Assembly: GCA_026770705.1 (NCBI GenBank)
Contig: JANJGN010000150.1
Span: 806,001 to 870,000 of the forward strand
Direction: 5' to 3'
Source: Isurus oxyrinchus
Taxonomy: Eukaryota
DNA length: 64,000 bases
A program made the position numbers and the translations under genes. The notes beneath the pieces were generated by a model that saw only the letters and a list, made by a program, of their open reading frames with translations, searched no databases and was not told the origin of the DNA. Below, one piece after another: positions 12,014 to 24,816 of the stretch (its first letter is position 1; each line of letters begins with the position of its first letter).

Positions 12014-12699
12014 CTGTAAAAACAGCCATTAATTACTGCACTACAGGTTTACAATGATGCTCCGATGTATCTCGAGAAGCGATACACTCACTCAGTGTTT
12101 AAATACTCATTCTCGGGCAATGCTGACATTTATTGTCCATCCCTAGTTTCCCCTTGAGAAGGTGGTGGGGGGTCTTCCTCCTGAACCACTGGTTTGTCCC
12201 AAACTGGGAGACCAGTTCAGAGGGCAGGTAAGAGTTAACCATGTTGGTGTTACAGACTGGAGTCACATACACACCCAGACCTGTTAAAATGGACAGGTTT
12301 CCCTCACTAAATGGACATTAGTGACCTACCCTATACATGTGATCTCAATATACGTATCAAACAACCTCATAAAAATAATACATTATCAGATCACTGCCAC
12401 CTTTGTTTGTGGGATCTTGTTGTGCACAGGTTGGTGCCGTGTTTCCTACATTACAACATGACATTGCTTCAAACATATATCGTTGACTGTAAAGTGTTTC
12501 GTGACGATCTGGTCATTCAATAAATACAGGTCACCCTTTTCAATGTATCATTTATTGATAATTTGATCAAAGAAATATATGAATATTAATCAAACTCCAA
12601 TTTCTGCCTGTTTACTGTTGACTAAAACCTGTCAAGACCCTGAGTCACATGAGGTGATGTCAGGGACAGATGACCTTGTGAAGAGGGTGGAAGGAGGCT

Positions 12700-13560
12700 A
12701 CAAATTGACAGAGAGAGGTTAAGTGAATGGGCAAAAAGTGCACAATGTGGGGAAATGTGAAATTGTCCATTTTGACAGGGAGAATAAAAAAGTAGCTTAT
12801 TATCTCAATGATGAGAGATTGCAGAGCTCTGAGATTCAGAGGGATCTGGGTGTCCTAGTGCATGAATCGCAAAAGGTTAGTGTGCAGGAACAGCAGGTAA
12901 TTCGGAAAGCGAATAGAATGTTATGATTTACTGTGAGGGGCATTGAATCCAAACGTAGGGAGGTTACACTTCAGTTATACAGGGGGCTGGGGAGACCACA
13001 TCTGGAGCTTTGTGTTCAGTATTGGCCTCCTTATTTAGGGAAAGGTGTAAATGCATCAGGAGCAGTTCAGAGAAGGTTTATTGGACCAACACCAGGAATG
13101 GGCGGGTTGTCTTATGAGGACGGGCTGGACAAGTTAGACTTGTATCCACTGGCATTTAGAAGAGGAAGGGGAGACCTGATTGAGAGATTTAAGATCCTGA
13201 GGGGCCTTGACAGGGTGGATGTCGGGAGGATGTTTCCTCTTGTGGAAGAAGCTAGAACTAGGCGTCACTGATTAAAAATAAGGGTTTGATCATTTATGAC
13301 AGAGATGAGGAGAAAATGTTTCCTCTCAGAGGGTCGTGAGGCTTTGGAACTCTTCCTGAAAAGGCAGGAAACAGAGTCTTTGAATATTTTTAAGGCGCAG
13401 CTCGATAGGTTCTTGATTCACAAAGGGGTGAAAGGTCATCAGGGGTGAGCAGGGAATGTGGGGTGGAGGTTACAATCAGGTCATCCATGACCTTATGGAA
13501 AGGTGGAACAGGCTCGAGGGGCTGAGTGGCCTCCTCCTGCTCCTCATTCCTGTGTTCGTA
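12700..13560 (+). mobile_element. CR1 LINE 3' fragment; others at ~21235-21850(+), 39290-39975(+), 41705-42165(-), 44020-44505(+), 58230-58440(+)
   Basis: Degenerate LYKALVRPHLEYCVQFW / RRLRGDLIE motifs and a CR1 3' tail. Confidence 0.85.
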
Positions 13561-13796
13561 TGTTTATTTCACCAAAAGCATTGTCAAAGAGATCGGTTTT
13601 AAGGAGCATCTAAACAGAATGTTTCAACACAGCCCAAAAACCAGGCCAGTGATCCAGAGTGATCCAGTGTGGAACTGAGATATCAGGAAATGTGTGTGTG
13701 TATGTGTGTGGGTGTCTCTGTCTGCTTGTGTGTGTATGCCTGTGTGTGTGTCTGTATGTGTGTGTGTGTGTCTCTGTGTCAAGGTGTGTGTGTGCG

Positions 13797-13926
13797 NNNN
13801 NNNNNNNNNNNNNNNNNNNNNNNNNNNNNNNNNNNNNNNNNNNNNNNNNNNNNNNNNNNNNNNNNNNNNNNNNNNNNNNNNNNNNNNNNNNNNNNNNNNN
13901 NNNNNNNNNNNNNNNNNNNNNNNNNN
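13797..13926. other. Assembly gap; others at 50353-50489, 51265-51447, 59096-59331, 60253-60428, 61653-61788, 63119-63285
   Basis: N runs, mostly next to CA/GT microsatellites. Confidence 1.
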
Positions 13927-13994
13927 ATCGGGGGGTCAGTAGGAAGGGAGCTCTGCAATGTCAGAGGTGAACTATAAAGGGTGTCTGTACTTAC

Positions 13995-14291
13995 CTTGTA
14001 CAGTTAGTACGAGGGTCCGCTCCGATGAAACAGATGGATATCTCACTCTGCAGCTGAGAGTGTGTCCGTGGTGTTTGAGTGATGGGATCAGGGTCAGAAC
14101 AGAAGTATAGGTCAGAGTGACACCATGCTGAGTTACAGTGTTTGAGACTGATCCAGGTACGTCAGTGGGAATGTCCCAGGTTAAGACAGGTGCTGCTGTT
14201 CCATTGCACGTTGTGTTGAAGGTGCAGCTCACATCCACACGCTTTCCTGCAATAATTTCAGCAGGGAATATCGTGGGTTGATCTGTGAAAT
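13995..14291 (-). CDS. Gene A C2-set Ig exon (Siglec domain 2)
   Basis: 297 nt, phase 1-1; CTFNTTCNG with the extra Cys, LTW, LSCRV. Confidence 0.92.
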
Positions 14292-15014
14292 CTAACACAC
14301 AGAGAATGGATCCTTTTAGAGAAATATAACGTGAAGCATCAGTTCAAATAGAAATCACAGTCCCACAAGAGAAAGCACTTTTACAAGGATGATATCAGAT
14401 CTGAGAGATTACAATGATCAGGAGAGAATTTCCTGCTTTGAGACTTTGGTGTTTCTGTCTCCCAGCTTAATACACGTTCACTCCGAGACACTTGAACTGA
14501 TAATAATGGGTGAGGGTGGAGGAGCAGACCAGAGTTTGGAGTGCACTACCCCATCATTCACTCAGCGATCTGGGCCATTTATTACTTTGCAATTTGTGGG
14601 AGCTTGCTGTGCGCAAATTGGCTGCTGTGTTTCTCACATTACAACAGTAACTACAATTCAGGAATCAGCTCATTGGCTGTGAAGTGATTTGGTCCGTGCT
14701 GAGGTGGTGCAAGGTGCTATAGAAATGTGAATCTTCTGTCGATATGTCAGACTTCGAGACAGGATTGGAGAGATCGATGGGAGTGGATAACCTGATAACA
14801 TTGATGGACACAGTCAATATATTTATCATTGATATTAAAGTGAGTATTAGAGGTTGCTTTAGGACTGAACTGGAAGCTATCACCAGGTTATTGAGAATCA
14901 GACATTGTGTTATAATAACCTATGTTTTGTGTTAATATGTAAACGTCACAGTTTGCGTTATTTCCCATTGAGTGTTGAAAGTGAATTGTTGAGTAATTAT
15001 AACACAGCACTTAC

Positions 15015-15380
15015 CAGAAATGTGAAGCTGGGTTACAGGATAGTAGCTATATCTATTTCTGCTGTCAAATTCTATTCTGAAATAATAAGGTCCTGCATCT
15101 TCCCGTCTGATGTTGTTTATAATCAGAGAACAGTCGCCATCTTTCAGGTCTCCAGACAGCCGGGTCCGATGGTGGAACCGTGGTAACTCGTGACTGTGAT
15201 CCTTGGAGTGAAAGGCTATAGACGATGTTCCCCGTTTCTCGTTATTAAACCAGACTCCATTTCGTGGTTGGCTTTCCAAATGTGATGGATAACTGTAATG
15301 ACATGGAATCTGTACACACGAACCTTCCTGCGCTGTCACCTCTCGTGGAGTGTCACCTTTCCACTCTTGTGACAGTCCAA
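15015..15380 (-). CDS. Gene A V-set sialic-acid-binding Ig exon
   Basis: 366 nt, phase 1-1; EGSCVQIPC...GDCSLII...DAGPYYFRIE has the Siglec Cys pattern and essential Arg. Confidence 0.93.
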
Positions 15381-16680
15381 CTGGGGAGAGAAATATCAGT
15401 ATTTAACCCTGGATGTTTTTTTCGATCCACTAGACTTGATATCCACTCCCTCCATCACTGGGGCACATTGGCTGCAGTGTGGACCATCTACAGGACACAC
15501 AAGGAACTCTCCAAGGTTTCACAATGGATGGAAGAGAATCCTGGACGCAGGAGTGGACAAGTTCATTCTACATTGGCTCATGGTCCTCAGATCACTGTTT
15601 AGCCTTTTTTCAAATTATTCATTCATGGGATTTATTACCCATCCCATGTCCATCAGAGGCATTAAAGAGTCAACCACATTGCTGTGGGTTTGGAGTGACA
15701 TGTACGCCAGACTGGGTAAGGGTGGCAGATTTCCTTCCCTATAGGTGATCAGTGAACCAGGCTTTTTAATCCCATTCATCTGCTGTGATGGGATTCACAC
15801 CCAGGGCCCCAGAGCATCACCCTGGGCCTCTGGAATACTAGCCCAGTGACAATACCTCTCTGCTACTGCTTCCCCTTAGTGAAGCCAGTCTTCCACCCAA
15901 CACAGAGTCTACAAGACACACCAACTGAGATCCATTCTGTGCTGATTTACAAGACAGGACAATGGATTAGGAGCCCTCAGAACTCCCCCCATTATCACCG
16001 TCATGAATCACTAATTAGCCTAACATTCCTGTCTGCTCTTCAACACAGCTGATTGGCTAATCTGATTCAATCTGATTGCTGTTCATTCCCTCTTCAATGT
16101 TGAAGGAATCACCAATCACTCGGCCTCTAGTTATTCTCCTGCCCACAAGAGGGAACATTCTCTGTCTACCCAGTCAATCAAAACCTTTCATCTCATCCTA
16201 GTGGTGCTTGAGTATATAGTCGGGAATCCAGGGCAATGGAGCCTCAGGAGAAGAGATGGAAACCCTGTGAGGTGGAACGTCACTGAGGCCATCCGAGTTG
16301 AAGCGACTTTTGGAGAGAATTCCAAGGCAAGATCTTCGAAGTTGAAGATTGGAATCCCTCATGAGAGAAATAGAATTTCAGTGAGATTGGTTGACTGACA
16401 GTGTTCACTGATGTCCGGGTGGGTTGTTGTGAAATCCATGGGCTCTATCTTGGTTGCGTTTACAATTTAATGAGTAGTGTAGCTGTGAGACCACAGTTTG
16501 CCTGTTAATTCACATGAGCTCATATTAATCCAGAATGTTAGGGTATAAGGTGGATATTGTGAATTATTTTATCTATCTGAGCTGGTGCAGTAAATTTATT
16601 TATTTTTTGTTTAAAAGCCATGGAATCTTGTAGCTTTATTCTCTTTGCAGGCGTCTTAAATCTCAAACCTCGTCTACTTG

Positions 16681-16890
16681 AGACAGCCGGGTCCGATGGT
16701 GGAACCGTGGTGACTCGTGACTGTGATCCTTGGAGTGAAAGGCTATAGACGATGTTCCCCGTTCCTCATTATTAAACCAGACTCCACCTCGTGGTTGGTT
16801 TTCCAGACACGATGGATAACTGTAACGACACGGAATCTGTACACACGAACTTTCCTGAGCTGTCACCTTTCCACTCTTGTGACAGTCCAA
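16681..16890 (-). pseudogene. Truncated, frameshifted duplicate V-set exon in a gene A intron
   Basis: Close copy of the 5' part of 15015-15380; 17-nt deletion between GGTGACA repeats; homology stops at TRLS. Confidence 0.88.
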
Positions 16891-18713
16891 CTAGGGAGAG
16901 AAATATCAATATTTAACTCTGGATGGTTTGTGGATCCACTGAACCCGATATTTACAGATGAGGCTGAATTGGGAGGATGGTCAACACTGAGGACGACGAG
17001 ACTAGGAGCGGTGATCGATATTCCACCTCTCACACATATCCTGACGAGGCTTGCCAATAAATTTTGGATTGTGGTCTTTATTGATCTCTCTGGGCACATA
17101 AAATAAACTGAAAATGTCCCCATAGGGGTGGGATTTTCTGGCCCCACCCACTTCCATGATTGTCCGGTCCGGCTGAAAGCCAATGGATTTATGTCTGTCC
17201 CAGTCTCAGAAACTATCCCATCAACTCAGTTCATGACATAACATTGAAATATGCAGAAAGATTCAACAATATTGGCAGTTTCAAGGGAGCTGCAACATTA
17301 CACCTGCAGGAGAATGCAAGTCTGTCAGACTCCTTGCATTAAAATTAATACAATCCAACTTTGCCACGCTATCTTGAGCCTTAAATGGCCAATAATTTCT
17401 ATGCCTTCCAGGTTCATTTGCTCTCTTCTAATTTTGGCTGTGCATCTCTCTCTGTTGAATCTCCTCTCGGGATCCCATCCCCTGCCATATTAGTTTAAAG
17501 CCTCCTCAATTGCATCAAGGGTATAATGTCAATTGAAACCAGGGACAACATCAAAGAATGACAATCACACAGATCAATGTGAGCAATTAAAGAAACCTCC
17601 AGACAATTTTGCCACCACAAGATCTCGACATAACAGCAGGTTACCTCTACGCTTTAGAGAATCAAATATTCAACAGATCTATACACTTATGTAATTGTCA
17701 AGAAATATGAAAATGATACCAGGAACCTCTTGTTCCCTCTCCTTCTCAAAGATCCATCCCTGCAGCAGGAGCCTGAAGAGTTACTGATGTGGGGCTTAAT
17801 TTATCAGATTGTAGAATGATCCGGAACAGAAGGATGCCAGAAGGCCCATCGAGCCTGTGCTGGGCCTTTGAAAGATCTGTCCAATTAATCCCACTCTAAC
17901 CTCTGCTCTCTCCTCCACAGCCCTGCAAAATGTTACCTTCAAGTATTTATCCAGTTCCCCTTCTGAAAGTTCCTGTTGAATCTGCTTCCACCGGCCTTTC
18001 AGGCAGTGAGTCAATGGTCTCTCTCTGAGCTGCAAAGTGCTAATGTTCTGAGAACTTTAAACACTGCAGCAGATCAGAGACAATCATGATAACTCAGAAT
18101 ATTTGACAGTTTTACACACGGACAGCTTTGCCTTCCTTCTCTCTTTCAGTTATCTTGCTCCCTTATTGAAGTATCTAGCAAGGTGAGAATGGACAGGAAG
18201 TGTGACACTGAACAGCCTGTCTATTCTAGGAGCTGCTGTGCTGTCTTCATGGGAAATTCTGACAAAATCAGCAAAAGAGACAAAATTTCAGGGCATTGTT
18301 ATCCGAGTCCCAGCATCAGGATAGACCTCATCCCCCAGTTGGTATCCCTGAATCTCTATTCAGCCGATCGCTCCCCTGTCACTGGCTGAGCTACACTGGC
18401 TCCCAGTCCAGCAATGACTCAAATTTCAAATTCTCATCATTGATTTCTTACCCCACCATCCCCCCTCTACACTCCCGATCCCTGTAACCTGCTCCAACCC
18501 TAAAAACCTCTGAGATCTCTGCTCTCCTCCAATTCTGCTGTCAGACAGGGAGTCAGTGTATACCACTGAGCACAGGGGTGATGGGTGAATGGGACTTGGT
18601 GTGAGTTTGTGCACTGGCTCACTGCTGAATCGGTTCCCAATCACAGCTCAATAAGAATGATCTTTTACAAAGACTATTAGCCATAAACCTGTCCGAGCTG
18701 ACGATGTTATTAC

Positions 18714-18753
18714 CTTGGAGAAGTGACAGGAGGAAGTAGGATTTCCTGATCAT
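18714..18753 (-). CDS. Gene A signal peptide exon (MIRKSYFLLSLLQ); exon extends to 18795
   Basis: CAAG|gtaata phase-1 donor; acceptor ctctttcag at 18796-18797. Confidence 0.82.
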
Positions 18754-19203
18754 TTTCCACTCCCAGATATTTCATAAGCTTCTGACTCTCAAACTCTGAA
18801 AGAGAAAGGAGTTAATGAGACCTCACCTCTTGTCCGACAGCTCTCAAGAGATCAGAACTGCTTTTGGACAATGTCTTGACAGACTAATTTGATTCTCTGT
18901 GGGATGATAGGTGCTCTGCAGAGAGTTACAAGGCTTTTAGAAAGACAAACGTTGAAGGATTTGCATTTCTATAGCACCTTTCACCACCTCAAGACGTCCC
19001 AAAGCTCATGTCTCTGCACTTCCCTCATCCCTTGAGCTAGAAAGATGTTCTGTACAACAGACTTGAGTCTCACACCCAGATCTCAATAATCAGTAGAAAT
19101 CTTTCAAAGGCATGAATCATTGGAATCTGTCTTTATAAAGTCACAACATCAACAAAGGACGGTGTTGGTGGTGGAAGTGAATTCCAATCGTTCCGTTACT
19201 TAC

Positions 19204-19345
19204 CCAGGACCTGTCCGACTGCTCGCCTGGGGAGGAACTGCCCACACGCTCTGCTTGGGCTGAATGACCTCTTCCTGTGCTGCTCCCTCTGTATGTTTAA
19301 TTAGAAAGGGTGGATGTGTCACTGTGAGACAAAATGAGGAAGTGG
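19204..19345 (-). promoter_or_regulatory. Putative promoter and non-coding exon 1 of gene A
   Basis: TGG|gtaagt donor at 19203; PU.1-like AAAATGAGGAAGTG at ~19331-19344; module repeated four times in the window. Confidence 0.55.
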
Positions 19346-21965
19346 GTAACCAGTGAGAAGATCGAGGATGTTTTGTGCTCTCAGCAAAACGTTTACCATG
19401 TGATGATCTGTCAGCTCAAATTTGGGCAGCTGTAGTCATGAAGCTTCTCCATTGGCTCCGTGGGTTTAGACTCCTCCCCCTCACCTCGGAGGCTGAAACT
19501 CAGGCGATAAGAGTTCCCAATACAGGTCTCTGGCCTTATGATACATTTCAACGATCCCTGTTATCATTACGGAGGGAGTGCTGCACTGTCAGCGGGAGTT
19601 TACTGTGGGATTGCTGCTCTATCAGAGGGTCAGTACTGAGGGAGTGCTGCACTGTCAGAGGGTCAGTACTGAGGGAGTGCTGCACTGTCGGAGGGTCAGT
19701 ACTGAGGGAGTGCTGCACTGTCATAGGGTCAGTAATGAGGGAGTGCTGCACTGTCAGAGGGTCTGTACTGAGTGAGTTCCGCACAGGTGGAGGGTCAGTA
19801 TTGAGGGGGTGCCGGACTGTGGGAGGGTTTGTACTGACGTAGAGCGGAGTGCGAGGAGATATCCTTTCATGACAAAGTTTAACTGGAATTTATTTAAACA
19901 CAATTCTTGTACTGTGTGTTATTGCAAAAGAAAGGATTTGAGGAACTAACTCTTGTTCCCGTAAGCCTAAAAATAATTTTCACTGATTTCTATGATTTAG
20001 CATTGAAACCTCCCTCTTTGGGCACCAGTCTTGATTGAAACAACTCGCACAGCACTGTGGGAGGGTGAGTACTGAGGGAATGCTGCACTGTGGGAGGGTG
20101 AGAACTGAGGGAGTGCTGCACTGTGGGAGTGTGAGTACTGAGGGAGTGTTGCACTGTGAGAGGGTCAGTACTGAGGGAGTGCTGCACTGTGGGAGTGTGA
20201 GTACTGAGGGAGCGCTGCACTGTGGGAGTGTGAGCACTGAGGGAGTGCTGCACTGTGGGAGAGTGAGTACTGAGGGAGTGCTGCACTGTCAGAGGGTCAG
20301 TAATGTGGGAGTGCTGCACTGTCACAGGGTCAGTAATGAGGGAGTGCTGCACTGTCACAGGATCAGTAATGTGGGAGTGCTGAACTGTCGGCGGGTCTGT
20401 ACTGAGTGAGTTCCGCACAGTCAGAGGGTCATTATTGAGGGGGTGCTGGACTGTGGGAGGGTTAGTACTGAGGTAGAGTGGAGCGTGAGGAGATATCCTT
20501 TCATGGCAAAGTTTAACTGGAATTTATTTAAACAGAGAGTCTTGTACTGTGTGTTATTGCAAAAGAAAGGATTTGAGGAACTAAGTCTTGTTCCCGTTAG
20601 CCTAAAAATAATTTTCAACGATTTCAATGATTTAGCAATGAAACCTCCCTCTTTGGGCATCAGTCTTGATTGAAACAACTCACACAGCACTTCGGGAGAG
20701 TGAGTACTGAGGGAGGGCTGCACTGTGGGAGAGTGAGTACTGAGGGAGTGCTGCACTGTGGGAGCGTCAGTACTGAGGGAGGGCTGCACAGTGGGAGGGT
20801 GAGCACTGAGGGAGTGCTGCACTGTGGGAGGGTGTGTACTGAGGGAGTGCTGCACTGTGGGAGGGTGAGAATTGAGGGAGTGCTGCACTGTGGGATCGTC
20901 AGTACTGAGGGAGTGCTGAACTGTTGGAAGGTCAGTAGTGAGGGAGGGATACAGTGTCAGAAGATCAGTCCTGTGGGAGTGCTGCACTGTCAGAAGGTGT
21001 GTACCGAGGTAGTGCTGCACACAGCCAGACAATGCCTTGGTTATGATGTGTCCACACAGCAGGACTGGGGAGCACCAGGTATAAGGAAAAGTTTCAGCTT
21101 GCTGAGGAGAAGAAGGAGAATCTCTCGTTCCAGGTTTCTCTCCGTACATTAAGAAGCAGGCATGCCGATGTTTCATTGCACTCTGTCTGCTGATGGGAGT
21201 CCGCTTGGAAATTGCTGTTTGTGCTGATGGAAAGAATAAGCTTTTCATAAATCGAGGGATTGAGTACAAACACAGGGAGGTTATGCTGAACATTTATAAA
21301 GCTCTGGTTAGGTCACAACTAGAGTATTGTGTCCAGTTCTGGTCTCCTCACTTTGGGAAGGAAGTGAGGGTCCTTGAGAGGGTGGGGAGGAGATTGAGCA
21401 GAATGGGTCCAGGGATGAGGGATTTTAGCTACAAGGTTGGGTTGGAGAAGCTGGGGTTGTTCTCCTTGGAGCAAAGGAGATTGAGGGGGGATCTGATCGA
21501 GGTGTACAAGATGATGATGGGTTTAGATACGGTAGACAAAGAGAAGCTGTTGCCATTAGCTGATGGGACAAGGACTGGGGGACACAGATTGAAGGTTTTG
21601 GGCAGAGGGGGATGTGAGGAGGAACTTTTTTACACAGCGAGTGGTAATGAGCTGGAACTCACTGCCTACAAGGATGGTGGAAGCGGAGACGATGAACGAT
21701 TTCAAAAGGAAATTGGATGGACACTTGAGGGGAAATAAACTCACAGGGATACGGGGATAGAGAGGGGGAATGGGACTGAGTGGATTGCTCTACAGAGAGA
21801 CAGCATGGACTCAATGGGCTGAATGGGCTCCCACTGTGCTGGAATGCCTCTCTGATACGACGAAGGTGATTCTAACCAGGACACTGACCAGTTTCATTAC
21901 AACTTAACCCAACATCACACATTATTTGTCCGCACTGACTGACCAGATTGTTGCTGTACAAAGCT

Positions 21966-22105
21966 TCAAACAGTCTGTCGACTTCCTTTCACTGTTTGTC
22001 TCTCCCAGACACAGACTCCAGTGATAGTGATAACCACAGCCACAAGGAATATCACAGCTCGTATTCCCAGGATCAGGATCACGTGCAGAATCTCTCCTCC
22101 ACTGT
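21966..22105 (-). CDS. Gene C TM + short-tail exon with intramembrane Arg (YSGGEILHVILILGIRAVIFLVAVVITITGVCVWERQTVKGSRQTV*), activating type
   Basis: Acceptor gtgttctctag; phase 1 matches the C2 donor at 23767; Arg codon at 22061-22059; TGA at 21968-21966. Confidence 0.85.
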
Positions 22106-23766
22106 CTAGAGAACACACAGAAAGAAATCATCACTGACTCTCCGCTTTCAATCTCTCACTCTGGCTGAACAATCAAGCTTCATATCACTGCAACATTTGC
22201 TGTAATATTGACCCATCCACTGGGATTCAATGTGGAATGAATGTTTTCATTGTAAACACTCCAAGAGTGGACAATCGGAACTTTCCCCTTAGCGTGGAAC
22301 ATTGGTGAGAATGGATCATTGTGCTGTTGGACTCCCTGTCCAATGTTTCTCTCCATCGCTGTGTACAGGATTGTGCTGTAGAAAATTCTGGAAATGTTTA
22401 GTGCAGGGTGGAAATCCATCTCGGATGCGTGTGCGAATCGGGCAGGATCGAGATGGACTCCCCCACGGACTTACACACCCCGCTAAATAAACAGTTCCAG
22501 TCTTTACCCAGAGAGAGGGGAGAATGTGGAACTCACTCCCACTGGGAGTGGTTGAGGTGAACAGTATCGATGTATTTAAGGGGCAAGATGGTCGGTAACC
22601 AGAGGGGCACAGATTGACGAACCGGAGGGGGAGATGAGGAGAATTTGTTTTGACAGAGCGAGTTGTTGTGATCTGGAAGGTGCTGCCTGAAAGGGCGGTG
22701 GAAGCAGATTCAATAGGAACTTTCAAAAGGGAAATTGGATAAACACTTGAAGGAGGAAGATGGGGGCAAAGTGGAGTGGTGGTTAGTGGATCTGATTGGA
22801 TAGAACATTGAAAGACCTGGCACAGGCACAATGGGCTGAATGGCCTCCTACTGTGCTGTATCATTCTCCGCTTCCATGATCTCTCCCCCAGTCAGTAACC
22901 ACTCCAGATCCCTCTTGAAGGTGACAGAGAGACAGCAACCACCACACCCACTGACAGCACATTCCCGAGGATCCCTACTCTCTGGGAAAAGATGAACTCC
23001 CCAACATCCAGCCTATTCCTGCTTCCCAGAGAGTGTAAACACTTCAGGGAGGCGCTGAGGAAGTTTTCAATAAAATGACATCAAATCTACCGTTTGAGAA
23101 ATAATTGAATTCCGATGAACTCCCAGCTTGTGTAGCAAACTGGGAAGTAGATTTGCTTGAAAAGCTGGGAAACACAAGGATTAAGTGCTACAATGCCACC
23201 ACTGGTGGGAGGCTGTAACTACAGTGTGACGTTTACATAGGCAGTCATCATTATAAACAGGGGCTTTGGACATAATGGGCACGGAAATAGTGAGAACAGG
23301 ATGTAAGCTTTTCATCAGCAGGAATTCTCTTACTAAACCTCTCCACCTCTCTCTTACTCTCAGATTCACAAAAAAATCACAGAATCAGATAAAGAGGAGT
23401 TGGGACTAGTTATTCGTCAATGGGTTAGGTTTCAGGTAGCTCCTTAAAGGGAGAGAGAGAGTTGTAGAAGCAGAGAGTATCTATGAGTGCCTCTATGCAT
23501 CTGAGTGTTTGTACGAGTAATTTCCATATTCTTCTATAAATATGAATGGGAACACAAATCCCAGAATTCAGCCCACGCTCCAGTGCAGTACTGAGGGAGG
23601 TCAGGTAACCCATCAGGGAGTCTTGTGCTAGTGTGTTTGTTTGTGAGTGTGTCTTTGTGTGTGGTCATATATGTGTGTCTGCACGTGTCTATTTAGGTCT
23701 GTACGTTTGAGGGTGTTTGTGTAGTATTCGAATCTGAGAGAGATGTTGAAGTCTGTGTACACTCAC

Positions 23767-23919
23767 ATTCCACAGTAATGGTTATGAACCCCTCCACTGC
23801 TCCATGTTCATTCTCTGCCACACACTGATAGTCTCCAGTGTCCCTGGATGTAACGTGAGGAATCACCAACCACAGCTCATTGTTGGAACTTGTTCTATTC
23901 ATTTGGACATTAAGATGTC
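23767..23919 (-). pseudogene. Gene C 5'-truncated stalk C2 exon
   Basis: 3' half (NRTSSNNELW...ITVE) matches the 282-nt C2 family; donor intact, 5' half and acceptor absent. Confidence 0.85.
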
Positions 23920-24442
23920 ATGGCAGGAATCAAGAAGCCCGTTCACAGGATTACCAACAGAAAGTGAACAACAATTTATACTTAATGGGAAGACAGTGCT
24001 GATTGGTTGGCAAGTGGTCTCTGATAGGTGGAGGTGTTGCCGTGGAGAATGCTGTGTGCGAGATGTAAAGTTTAGACAGCTTGTCTCTTCATTCAGCAAT
24101 AATCATATAAAGATCAATTAACTTCTATCGACTGTGAAGCATTTTGAGAGGAATGAGAATGTGGATACTGAGAATGGGCTGCACTGTCAGAGGGTCAGCG
24201 CTGAGGGAGTGCTGATGTAGAATGAAAGATGTCGGTACAGTTAATGCTTTTCATCATTGATATTAAAGTGATTTTTAGAGGTTGCTTTAGGACTGAACTG
24301 GAAGCTATCACCAGGTTATTGAGAATCAGACAGTGTGTTATAATAAGCTGTGTTTTGTGTTATTATGTAAACGTCACAGTTTGTGTTATTTCCCACTGAG
24401 TGTTGGATGTGAATTGTTGAGTAATTATAACACAGCACTTAC

Positions 24443-24816
24443 CAGAAACGTGAAGCTGGGTTACAGGATACTGGCTGTAACTATTCCTGCTGTCAAACTC
24501 TATTCTGAAAAAATAAGGTCCTGCATCTTCCCGTCTGATGTTGTTTATAATCAGGGAACAGTCGCCATCTTTCAGATCTCCAGACAGCCGGGTACGATGG
24601 CGGAATCTTTGATCCCTGTGATTGTGACCCTCGGAGTGAAAGGCTATAGACCATTTAGGCTGTGGGTTCCCATCTATTCCTTTCAACCAGATTATGCACG
24701 TGATCTCCCTACGAAATTTGATAAGTAACTGTAATGACATGGAATCTGTACACATGAACCTTCCTGTGCTGTCACCTCTCGTGGAGTGTCACCTTTCCAC
24801 TCTTGTGACAGTCCAA
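24443..24816 (-). pseudogene. Gene C V-set exon with 1-nt frameshift
   Basis: 374 nt; the frame reaches TAA after ...GRSRA near 24694; the other frame continues IIWLKG...YFFRIE with Arg retained. Confidence 0.88.

Noticed and set aside
15015-15380. Rearranging Ig/TCR/IgNAR V segment
   Set aside because: Ends in a splice donor with no RSS; Cys pattern is Siglec-type
21922-22134. 70-aa Cys-rich ORF in the track
   Set aside because: Wrong frame; splice phase and hydropathy support the TM frame
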